The position numbers were made by a program, and so were the translations under genes. Shown here one piece after another: positions 16,344-24,000 of a stretch of 24,000 nt of DNA. Every line of letters starts with the position of its first letter. Position 1 is the stretch's first letter. Origin of the DNA: Actinomycetota bacterium (lineage in GTDB: Bacteria; Actinomycetota; Acidimicrobiia; Acidimicrobiales; AC-14); NCBI GenBank assembly GCA_034666105.1, contig JAXDMK010000127.1:23839-47838 (forward strand), read 5' to 3'. Under the pieces are notes generated by a model that saw nothing but the letters and a program-made list of their open reading frames with translations, was not told where the DNA came from and ran no database searches.

Positions 16344-19300
16344 GGTCGACTCACACTAGGCGTGGGCTGGGCGACGTCGAGATCCTCCATCTCCACCCGC
16401 ACGATCACCGGGCCGGATCCGGGGTCGAGGGCGGCGATGACCTGGCTGGTGGTGATGCCGACGTCGAGGGTGACGGGTCCGTCGCCCCCGTCGAGGCGGG
16501 CGCGGGCCTGGAGGGGGAACGAGTCGCCGGTGAAGGTGACGTGGTGGAGCCACACCTTGAGGTCGTGGACGGGTCCGGCAAGGGGCCGGAAGGTGGCGGT
16601 TCGGAAAGAGGGGTAGTCGGCGATCTGGCCCGACGGGACGTCGTGGTCGATCCGGGAGCCGTCGGCGTAGGTGAGCGACACTTCCCCGGCGGCGGGTTCG
16701 CCGCCGGCCGTCATCGAGAAGTAGGCCCGGTCGGCGGGCTCGTCGTCGACGGCCCGCACCTCCACCACCAGCCGCCGGCGGAAGGCGCCCCCCTTCCCGA
16801 CGGCCACGGTGAGGGCGAGGATGCCGGCGCCGGCGAGGAAGCCGCCGGTGCGCCGCCACGGGTCGTCCCAGATCACCAGGGCGTGGGCGAACACGCTGGT
16901 CACCGACAGGACGTAGACGGCGACGAGGACCACCGGGTGTCCCCGGAGACGTCCGGTGGCGGCGGTGCTGTACTCGCCCCGCCGGCGGCTGGAGGCGAGC
17001 AGGAGGACGGGGTAGACGCCCGCCAGCAGCGACACCACGATCACGCCCACGAAGCCGATGAGGCCGGCGAACGACCCCGACCCGGTGGCGAGCATCCACC
17101 CGGCCAGGGAGAAGACGCCCACCACGGGCGCGAGCCCGACGGCCACGCCGGCGGCGGTGCCCGCCAGGGCCCGCCGCACCGCCGGCAGGGTCCGCGGCGG
17201 GGCCAGACCGGACGGGTCGGGGTCGGGGCGGCGGGGGTCGGGGCGGCGGGCATGGGCGTCGGCGTCGCCCCCGGGCCCGTCGGCGTCGGCGGCCATGGCG
17301 GCCCAGACCCGGTCGGGCAGGTTCCGGGCCCGGCGGACGGCCATGCGGGCCTGGTAGCGGTGGTCGTCGTCGGCGTCCGACTCGGAGACCAGGCCCCGCT
17401 CCAGGAGCGACTCGAGGACCTCGCGGGCGCCGGAACGGTCACCGCCGGCGTGGGCGACGACCTGCTCGAACACCACGCCGCCCTCCCGCGCCATCCACCC
17501 CACCATCGCCGCCTCCGCCTCGTCGACGTCGAGGAGGTCGGCCATGCCGGTCCCCAGCGCGTCCCAGTCGCCCTCGTAGGAGACGGCCAGCGACGACGCC
17601 ACCCGCAGGCGGACGCTCCCGGGGGACGCGTCGAGGATGTCCAGGGTCACCTGCAGGCCCCGCTCGCCGATTCCGGGGACAGCCTTGGTGAGGGGTGACT
17701 GGACGTTGTCGCCCAGCAGGGCCCATGGGTCCTCGGCCGTGGCCTCGACCCGGTGGAGGGCGCCGTCGAGGTCGACGTCGAGGCGGAAGCGGGGCCCCCG
17801 GTCGAGGCCGAGATAGGTCACCGCCATCCGGGCGGGGGGCCGGCGGCTCGACGGCCGCCGTTCGGAGAGGACCAGGGTGCCGCCCCGGCGGGGCAGGAGC
17901 ACCACCGGGTCGGGGTGCGACGGCAGCCGCTCCCGGGTCAGGTTGTAGAGGGCGAGGCTGTAGTGGATCGATCCCATGCCCATCCCCAGCACCACGTAGA
18001 CCGCGCCCAACACGCTCACCAGCGGCCCCACCTTGTCGGCCAGCGGCACCAGGGCGGTGCCCGTCTCCCGGGCCAGCACCCCCCCGTCGACCGCCCCACC
18101 CACCGTGAGCACCCACAGGCAGTAGACGACGAGGGCGGTGGCCTGGGCGGCCACGACCCCTCTGACCAGCGCTTTTCCGGTCGGCTCCCGACGCAGCACC
18201 TCCTGGCCGCACAGGCTCACCGACAGGTGGCCGAAGAAGGCGGCCAGGATCACCCCGAACACGGAACCGACCAGGGCGGCGTCGAAGGGACGCCCGGCCA
18301 CGAACGGCAGCTCGATCCGGGTGACGTTGGCCATCTCCAGGCTGGGGACCGACAGGAGGGTGATGACCAGGATCATGGTCAGGTTCACGATGCCGACGAC
18401 GATGGCGACGGCGATGGTGGCGTCGAGCGAACCCCTCCGGATCATGAAGACGGCCGCCGCGAACAGGAGGGCCACGAACAGCTCCGGCGGCAGACCGGTG
18501 GCGCCGGCCATCGTCGACCCGATTCCGACCTGGTCGGCCACCATGATCAGGAAGCTGAAGACGAAGAGGGCGCCGGTGAGCACCACCGACCCGGCCCCGC
18601 CCAGGTAGTCGTGCACCATCTTGCCGATGTAGGCGGCCCCGTAGCGGACGGAGCCGCTGCGGGCCACCGCCTCCCCCATGGCCGCGGCGGTGACGATGTT
18701 CACCAGGCCGAGGACGGCGAGCACGACCACCCCCGCCAGGGGTCCGATGCCGGCCAACGCGATGGGCAGGGCCAGCATGCTCGTCCCCACCGTCTCGGTG
18801 AGGCTGAGGACGTAAGCCGACCACGCCGGCGGGAGTGACTCCAGCCGGGTGGCGAGGCGGGTCCACAGCCAGCGCAGCCGTCCGCCGGCGCCGAGGTCGT
18901 CGGCGAAGACCCGTTCGATCGGCTCCTCGTAGAGCTGCCGGTAGGCGGCGGCCACCAGCTCGTCGTCGAGGCCGACGGCGGCGCGGATGCCGGGCACCGC
19001 GTCCCTGGTGAAGACGTACTTCTCGCCCAGGAGGTGGGCGAGGGCGGCCCGGCCCCGGGGGTTGGAGGGAACGAGCGGCGCCCAGTGGGCGGCGTAGCGC
19101 TCGAGGTCGTGGATGCGGACCGGGAAGGGGGGCTCCCGGCCCCGGGCGAAGGCGTCGACGAAGGCCAGGTCGCGGTCGCGGACGGTGTCGTCGGTGAGGA
19201 AGGGGGCCATCGCCTGCCGGGCCCGGGCCGCCAGGTGGCCGGTGCGGCTCTCGATCAGGAACAGCAGCGTCCGGGCCCGCCGGGCGGTGAGGCCCCCGAC

Positions 19301-19420
19301 GAGCTGGGTCCAGTCCGCGCGATCCCGGCCATCCGACGTCGTCCCGCCAGTCTGGCCGGGGCCCGCCGGCCGGGGCAAGGACCCTAGGATGCGGGCGGTG
19401 GTGCTCGACCCCGCCGCCAT
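16340..19420 (-). CDS. large polytopic membrane protein: cytoplasmic N-domain + APC/aromatic-amino-acid-permease-like TM core split by a soluble insert + C-terminal beta-rich domain
   Basis: 1026 codons with normal coding composition. About 12 hydrophobic helices are visible by eye: 8 in aa 200-490 and 4 in aa 750-880. The TM1 motif LTETVGTSMLALPIALAG resembles the G-x-G-MLALP motif of the Trp/Tyr permease family. A soluble insert spans aa 495-750 and a soluble C-terminus spans aa 881-1026. The start is uncertain: either the ATG at 19420 (antisense overlap with Hpt) or the TTG at 19378. Confidence 0.8.
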   Translation of the reverse strand: MAAGSSTTARILGSLPRPAGPGQTGGTTSDGRDRADWTQLVGGLTARRARTLLFLIESRTGHLAARARQAMAPFLTDDTVRDRDLAFVDAFARGREPPFPVRIHDLERYAAHWAPLVPSNPRGRAALAHLLGEKYVFTRDAVPGIRAAVGLDDELVAAAYRQLYEEPIERVFADDLGAGGRLRWLWTRLATRLESLPPAWSAYVLSLTETVGTSMLALPIALAGIGPLAGVVVLAVLGLVNIVTAAAMGEAVARSGSVRYGAAYIGKMVHDYLGGAGSVVLTGALFVFSFLIMVADQVGIGSTMAGATGLPPELFVALLFAAAVFMIRRGSLDATIAVAIVVGIVNLTMILVITLLSVPSLEMANVTRIELPFVAGRPFDAALVGSVFGVILAAFFGHLSVSLCGQEVLRREPTGKALVRGVVAAQATALVVYCLWVLTVGGAVDGGVLARETGTALVPLADKVGPLVSVLGAVYVVLGMGMGSIHYSLALYNLTRERLPSHPDPVVLLPRRGGTLVLSERRPSSRRPPARMAVTYLGLDRGPRFRLDVDLDGALHRVEATAEDPWALLGDNVQSPLTKAVPGIGERGLQVTLDILDASPGSVRLRVASSLAVSYEGDWDALGTGMADLLDVDEAEAAMVGWMAREGGVVFEQVVAHAGGDRSGAREVLESLLERGLVSESDADDDHRYQARMAVRRARNLPDRVWAAMAADADGPGGDADAHARRPDPRRPDPDPSGLAPPRTLPAVRRALAGTAAGVAVGLAPVVGVFSLAGWMLATGSGSFAGLIGFVGVIVVSLLAGVYPVLLLASSRRRGEYSTAATGRLRGHPVVLVAVYVLSVTSVFAHALVIWDDPWRRTGGFLAGAGILALTVAVGKGGAFRRRLVVEVRAVDDEPADRAYFSMTAGGEPAAGEVSLTYADGSRIDHDVPSGQIADYPSFRTATFRPLAGPVHDLKVWLHHVTFTGDSFPLQARARLDGGDGPVTLDVGITTSQVIAALDPGSGPVIVRVEMEDLDVAQPTPSVSRP

Positions 19421-19742
19421 CGACCGGCTGGTCCTCGCCTTCGGTCACGAGGGCAGGGGCGTCGTGGCCGAGCTGGTGGCCACGTTCCTGGCCGAGGCCC
19501 CGTCCCGCCTGGACGCCCTGCGCCGGGGGGTCGCGTCGGGCGACCCGCGGGAGGTGCACCGGGCCGCCCACACGTTGAAGTCGGGCGCGGCCACCCTGGG
19601 GGCGTCGGAGCTGGCGGCGGTGTGCCGGGAGGTGGAGGCGTTGGGTGGCGCCGGTGACGTGGCCGGCGCGGCCGCCCTGGTCCCGGCGGTGGAGGCCGGC
19701 TACGACCTGGCCCGGCAGGCGTTGCTCGAGGCCGTCGGATGA
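19389..19742 (+). CDS. stand-alone Hpt (histidine phosphotransfer) protein, 117 aa
   Basis: The motif HRAAHTLKSGAATLGASELA matches the Hpt H-x-LK-G/S-x4-G consensus, including the phosphorylatable His. I chose the ATG at 19389 (MRAVVLDPAAIDRL) within track ORF 19113..19742. The stop overlaps the GNAT start (ATGA). Confidence 0.8.
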   Translation: MRAVVLDPAAIDRLVLAFGHEGRGVVAELVATFLAEAPSRLDALRRGVASGDPREVHRAAHTLKSGAATLGASELAAVCREVEALGGAGDVAGAAALVPAVEAGYDLARQALLEAVG

Positions 19743-20257
19743 CGGATGCGCTCGACGGGGCGTTGGTACGGCTGCGGCGGGCCACCCGGGACGACATCGG
19801 CGAGCTGGTGCGGATCCGGGGGACGCCGGAGGTCTACGCCCGGTGGCGGGGCGGCGACGACCTGACCGCGTCGGTGGAGGAGGACTTCGACGACCCCGAC
19901 CTGATCGGCTACGTCATCGAGCTCGACCGGCGGATCGTGGGGTGGATCCAATGGGAGGCGGAGGAGACGCCCGACTACCGCCATGCCAGCGTCGACATCT
20001 TCGTCGACCCGGCGGTGCACGGGCGCGGCATCGGCACCGACGCGGTGCGCACGCTGGCCCGGCACCTCCTGCGGGATCACGGCCACCACCGGCTGGTGAT
20101 CGACCCCGCGGCCGACAACGAGGCCGCCATCCGGGCCTACGCCAAGGTCGGCTTCCGGCCCGTCGGCATCATGCGCCGCTACGAACGGGCCTCGGACGGC
20201 ACCTGGCACGACGCCCTCCTCATGGACCTCCTGGCCGACGAGTTCGTGGAGGAGTAG
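19739..20257 (+). CDS. GNAT-family N-acetyltransferase (Acetyltransf_8 / AAC(6')-like subgroup by eye)
   Basis: The acetyl-CoA motif A is VDPAVHGRGIGTDAV. NEAAIRAYAKVGFRPVGIMRRY and the C-terminal W-x-D-x-LLMDLL are typical of this subgroup. Confidence 0.85.
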   Translation: MTDALDGALVRLRRATRDDIGELVRIRGTPEVYARWRGGDDLTASVEEDFDDPDLIGYVIELDRRIVGWIQWEAEETPDYRHASVDIFVDPAVHGRGIGTDAVRTLARHLLRDHGHHRLVIDPAADNEAAIRAYAKVGFRPVGIMRRYERASDGTWHDALLMDLLADEFVEE

Positions 20258-20263
20258 CCGGCG

Positions 20264-21163
20264 TCAGCCGGCCGCGGCTCGGGCGGCGAACTCGAGGGCG
20301 CCGGCGGGACCGGCGCCGTCGCCCAGGCCGGCGGTGACAACGAAGTCGGGCCGGTCGTATTCGGGAAGGCCGGGGTAGCCGCCCAACGTCGCCGCCAGGG
20401 AGCCCCGCACCCGCTCCACCAGGCCGGCCATGTGCGCCACTCCCCCGCCCAGCACGATCCGCTCGGGCGCGAAGGCGTAGACCGCGTTGCGCAGGCCGGC
20501 GGCCAGGTAGGCGGCCTCCAGGTCGAGGGCGGCCTCCCGCCGTGCCCCATCCAGCTCCTCCGGCCGGCACCCCCAGCGGGCGGTCATGGCCGTGCCGCTG
20601 GCCATCCCCTCGAGACAGTCCCGATGGGCGAAGCACGCCCCCTCGTAGGCGTCGCCGACCTGCCGGGGCACGATGACGTGGCCCATCTCCGGATGGAGGA
20701 TGCCGTGGACGAGGACCCCGTCGACCACGATCCCCATCCCGATACCGGTGCCGATGGTGACGTAGACGAAGTCGGTCAACCCCCGGGCCGCCCCCGCCGC
20801 CCCCTCGGCCAGGGCCGCCCCGTCGACGTCGGACCCGATCCCCACCGGCACGCCCGGGAACGCGGCCCGCACCGGCGCCAGCACGTCGACGCCGACCCAC
20901 GCCCGCTTGGGGGTCTCCAGCAGGTGGCCGTAGGTGGGAGCGTCGGGCCGGAGGTCGACCGGCCCGAAGGCGGCCACGCCGATGGCCGCCAGCGGCCCCT
21001 GCTCGTCGGCCATCGTCCGCAGGCGGTCGACGGCCCACCCGAGCGTCTCGACCGGCGCAGTCGTCGGATGCCGGTCGAGGGCCACCACGCCCCCCGGCCC
21101 GTCGCCGACCACGCAGATGACCTTGGTGCCCCCCAGCTCGATCCCCCCGAGGAGACGGCTCAG
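20264..21163 (-). CDS. ROK-family sugar kinase (fructokinase/GmuE-like)
   Basis: Motifs are LLGGIELGGTKVICVVG (ATP-binding DxGGT-type), HPEMGH and CFAHRDCLEGMASG. There is no in-frame ATG/GTG/TTG upstream of the GGTK motif. The best candidate start is the CTG at 21163..21161, which overlaps the permease stop (CTGA). The start is therefore uncertain. Confidence 0.8.
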   Translation of the reverse strand: MSRLLGGIELGGTKVICVVGDGPGGVVALDRHPTTAPVETLGWAVDRLRTMADEQGPLAAIGVAAFGPVDLRPDAPTYGHLLETPKRAWVGVDVLAPVRAAFPGVPVGIGSDVDGAALAEGAAGAARGLTDFVYVTIGTGIGMGIVVDGVLVHGILHPEMGHVIVPRQVGDAYEGACFAHRDCLEGMASGTAMTARWGCRPEELDGARREAALDLEAAYLAAGLRNAVYAFAPERIVLGGGVAHMAGLVERVRGSLAATLGGYPGLPEYDRPDFVVTAGLGDGAGPAGALEFAARAAAG

Positions 21164-22218
21164 TGCCCGGCCGACTTCCGGGTGTTGAGCTGGTCGAAGC
21201 CGACGGCCACCAGGATGAGCACGCCGATGGCGATCTGCAGGTAGAAGGCGTTGATGGCCAACAGGTTGCCACCGTTGTTGAGCACGCCCATGATGAGCGC
21301 CCCCGTGGCCGCGCCCAGGGCGCTCCCCTTGGCCCCGAACAGGCTGGCGCCGCCGATCACGCAGGCGGCGATGGCGTTCAGCTCGAAGCCGGTGCCGGCC
21401 GTGGGGATCCCCGCGCCCAGGCGGGACGTGAGCAGGAACCCGCCCACGCCCGCCAGCAGGCCCGAGATGGCGTAGACCGATACGGTCACGACCCGCACCG
21501 GCACCCCGGCCAGGCGGGCCGACTCCGGGTTCGACCCCACCGCGTAGATGTAGCGGCCGAAAACGGTGCGGGTGAGCACGAAGTGGATCGCGACGGTGAT
21601 GATCACCGCGAACACGAGCAGGTTGGGGATGCCGACGAGGGTTCCGTTGGCGATGGTCTCGAAGCCCTTGGGCAGCGGTCCGACCGTCTTGGCGTCGGTG
21701 ATGACGAGGACGACGCCCCGGGCGATCCCCAGCATGCCCAGGGTGGCGATGAAGGGCGGCAGCTTGGCCCTGGTGACCAGCAGCCCGTTGACGAGGCCGA
21801 GACCGGTGCCGAGCAGGACGCCGACCAGGATGGCCAGCGGGATCGGCCACCCCGCCACCAGCAACTGGGCCGTGACCGCGCCCGACAGGGCCAGGATCGA
21901 CCCCACCGACAGGTCGATCCCCGCGGTCAGGATCACCAGCAGCTGGCCCACCGCGATGATGCCGAAGATGGCGACCTGGCGGGCCAGGTTGGACAGGTTG
22001 TTCCCGGTCAGGAAGTCGCCGCTGGCCAGGGTGAGCGCCCCCACCGCCACCAGCAGGACGACCAGACCGCCGCTCTCCCGCCCGGCCACGTCGCCCAGGG
22101 TGACGACCCGGTTGACCGTCGCCGGCTCGCCCGGCTCGTCGGGCGGCTCGATGCCCACCGCCGGTCCGCTGCGGATGGTGGTGGTGAGAACCGGCTCGCG
22201 CCACAGCAACTTAGGCAT
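21160..22218 (-). CDS. sugar ABC transporter permease (RbsC/CUT2 type)
   Basis: About 10 TM segments. TAGIDLSVGSILAL and GGASLFGAKGS motifs are typical of BPD_transp_2 ribose-type permeases. The ATG at 22218 overlaps the ATPase gene by 8 nt. Confidence 0.9.
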   Translation of the reverse strand: MPKLLWREPVLTTTIRSGPAVGIEPPDEPGEPATVNRVVTLGDVAGRESGGLVVLLVAVGALTLASGDFLTGNNLSNLARQVAIFGIIAVGQLLVILTAGIDLSVGSILALSGAVTAQLLVAGWPIPLAILVGVLLGTGLGLVNGLLVTRAKLPPFIATLGMLGIARGVVLVITDAKTVGPLPKGFETIANGTLVGIPNLLVFAVIITVAIHFVLTRTVFGRYIYAVGSNPESARLAGVPVRVVTVSVYAISGLLAGVGGFLLTSRLGAGIPTAGTGFELNAIAACVIGGASLFGAKGSALGAATGALIMGVLNNGGNLLAINAFYLQIAIGVLILVAVGFDQLNTRKSAGH

Positions 22219-23773
22219 TCGCGTCCACCTTTCCCTCGGAGGCCGGAGGTCGACCGCCGCCGCTGGCCAGCCGCAGCACGTCCTCCTCCGACGCCGCCCG
22301 CCCCAGCTCCCCGGCCACCGCCCCGTCCTTCAGCACCAGGACGCGGTCGGCCAGGCCGAGCAGCTCGGGCAGGTACGACGAGACCACGATGATGCCCAGC
22401 CCGGCCGCGGCCAGGTCGCCGATCACCGTGTACAGCTCGCCCTTGGCGCCCACGTCGATGCCCTTGGTGGGCTCGTCGAACACCAGGATCCGGGGCTTGG
22501 TCAGCAGCCACCGGGCCAGGAGCACCTTCTGCTGGTTCCCGCCCGACAACGTCGACACCGGCTGGTCGTAGGACCCGGCCCGCAGGCGGAGGCTGTCGAG
22601 CAGCCTGTCGGCCTCCTCCCCCATCTCCTTGGGCGGGAGCAGGCCCCGCCGCGATCCCCGCCGGAGGCTGGCGATGGTGACGTTCTCCCGGATCGACAGC
22701 TCGGGCAGCAGGCCCAGCACCTTGCGGTCCTCGGTGAGGAGGCCGATGCCGGCGTTCATCATGGTGCGGGGACCGGTGGGCTTGACCGGCGTGCCTTCCA
22801 CCTCGATCTCGCCGGCCACGATCGGCGTGGCCCCGAACAACGACAACAGCAGCTCGCTGCGTCCCGACCCCAGCAGCCCGCCGATGCCGAGGATCTCGCC
22901 CGCCCGCAGGTCGAAGTCGATCGTGGGACCGTCGGCCTCCCGCTGCAGGCCCCGCACCCGGAGCAGTGGAGTCCCCGGCTCCTTGTGGGTGTCGGGGTAG
23001 AGCGACGTGATCTCCCGGCCGACCATGGCCGTGATGAGCTTGTCCTCGTCGTAGGCCGACATGGGTCCGCTCTCCGACAGCCCGCCGTCGCGGAGAACCG
23101 TCACCCAGTCCCCGATCTCGAACATCTCCTCCAGCCGGTGGGTGACGTAGAGCATGGCCACGCCCGCCTCCCGCAGCCGCTTGATGTGCTCCATCAGCCG
23201 CTTCGACTCGGACTCGGTCAGCGCGGTCGTGGGCTCGTCGAAGACGATGACCTTCACCACGTCGGCGGTGAGGACCTTGGCGATCTCCACCAGCTGGCGG
23301 GTGGCGGCGGGGAGCCGCTCGACGATGGCGTCGGGGGAGACGTTGTGGAGGCCGACGTCGTCGAGCGCCGTGCGGGCCCGGGCCTTGAGGTCGCCCCTGT
23401 CGAGCACCCCCCGGTGCGACGGCAGCCGGCCCATGAACAGGTTCTCCGCCACGGACAGGTGCGGAAGCAGGCTGAGCTCCTGGTACACGGCCTGCACCCC
23501 CGCCTCCCGCAGGGCGGCGGGCGTGGGCGAGGCGACCGGCTCGCCGTCGATGACGAACGTGCCCGCGTCCGCCTTGTGGGCGCCGGTGAGGACCTTGATG
23601 AGGGTGGACTTGCCGGCCCCGTTCTCCCCCGCCAGGCAGTGGACCTGCCCCGGCAGCAGGCGAAGGTCGACGTTGGACAGGGCCTGGACGGGCCCGAACG
23701 CCTTGGAGATGCCCTTCAGCTCGAGAACGGCGGTGCGCTCGGCCGCCGGCGGGGGTGTTGTGGTGGCGGTCAT
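22211..23773 (-). CDS. sugar ABC transporter ATP-binding protein, duplicated ABC domains (RbsA/MglA type)
   Basis: Domain 1 has Walker A GENGAGKST and Walker B VIVFDEPT. Domain 2 has the degenerate P-loop GLLGSGRSEL, the signature LSGGNQQKV and Walker B ILVFDEPTKGIDVGAK. Confidence 0.95.
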   Translation of the reverse strand: MTATTTPPPAAERTAVLELKGISKAFGPVQALSNVDLRLLPGQVHCLAGENGAGKSTLIKVLTGAHKADAGTFVIDGEPVASPTPAALREAGVQAVYQELSLLPHLSVAENLFMGRLPSHRGVLDRGDLKARARTALDDVGLHNVSPDAIVERLPAATRQLVEIAKVLTADVVKVIVFDEPTTALTESESKRLMEHIKRLREAGVAMLYVTHRLEEMFEIGDWVTVLRDGGLSESGPMSAYDEDKLITAMVGREITSLYPDTHKEPGTPLLRVRGLQREADGPTIDFDLRAGEILGIGGLLGSGRSELLLSLFGATPIVAGEIEVEGTPVKPTGPRTMMNAGIGLLTEDRKVLGLLPELSIRENVTIASLRRGSRRGLLPPKEMGEEADRLLDSLRLRAGSYDQPVSTLSGGNQQKVLLARWLLTKPRILVFDEPTKGIDVGAKGELYTVIGDLAAAGLGIIVVSSYLPELLGLADRVLVLKDGAVAGELGRAASEEDVLRLASGGGRPPASEGKVDANA

Positions 23774-24000
23774 GACCCCGCCTTCTCGGTCGGCGGCTCG
23801 AGGAGCTGCTTGACCTCGACCTGCTCCATGTTGCCCTGGTCGGCCACCACCGCCCCCGGGTCGAGCACCCGCGGCGGGATGCGGCCGACGGTGGCCATGC
23901 CCGCCTGGAGGACGCCCTGGTAGCCGAAGAAGTACGGGTTCTGCACCACCAGGGCGTCGATCGACCCGTCGGCCAGGGCCGCGTTCTCCTGGGGGTCGGA
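23770..24000 (-). CDS. sugar ABC transporter substrate-binding protein (RbsB/Peripla_BP_4 type), C-terminal part; gene continues past right edge
   Basis: My reverse-strand translation is SDPQENAALADGSIDALVVQNPYFFGYQGVLQAGMATVGRIPPRVLDPGAVVADQGNMEQVEVKQLLEPPTEKAGS*. The D-A-L-V-V-Q-N-P-Y segment is typical of CUT2 binding proteins. The stop overlaps the ATPase start (ATGA at 23770-23773). Confidence 0.8.
   Translation of the reverse strand, partial: SDPQENAALADGSIDALVVQNPYFFGYQGVLQAGMATVGRIPPRVLDPGAVVADQGNMEQVEVKQLLEPPTEKAGS

Overview
Very GC-rich (about 70% or more by eye, not computed) actinobacterial-type chromosomal segment. Genes are densely packed and many are joined by ATGA/GTGA start-stop overlaps. 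I support 30 protein-coding genes. From left to right they are:
- a partial CDP-alcohol phosphatidyltransferase, a MobA-like/DUF6457-like pair, a VOC protein and a thiolase
- a DUF983 zinc-ribbon membrane protein coupled to a PASTA Ser/Thr kinase
- a DUF2975/XRE-HTH pair
- a GAF histidine kinase with its NarL-type regulator
- a coupled trio of exported protein, SDR and QueA-like protein
- an SRPBCC protein, a MarR regulator and a secreted coiled-coil protein with an Rpf/transglycosylase-like domain
- a minus-strand cluster: a 1026-aa transporter-fold membrane protein, a REC-only regulator, a MinD/ParA ATPase, a lipoprotein, a 4-TM protein and a small LapA-like protein. It faces an orphan Hpt gene coupled to a GNAT
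- a CUT2-type sugar ABC transporter operon ending in a ROK kinase

I found no rRNA, tRNA, CRISPR array, transposase, integrase or recognisable defence gene.

The most interesting items are:
1. A 4-copy tandem array of a 71-bp hairpin-forming unit that fills a convergent intergenic gap (13211-13480).
2. The kinase-less Hpt / transporter-fold giant / REC / MinD-ParA cluster (about 13.8-19.7 kb), which is a candidate uncharacterised signalling module.
3. A long structured leader upstream of the muralytic gene with partial resemblance to the cyclic-di-AMP (ydaO) riboswitch.
4. An AT-rich palindrome cluster in the DUF2975/HK divergent promoter region.

All family assignments come from reading motifs in the translations. 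No database search was run.
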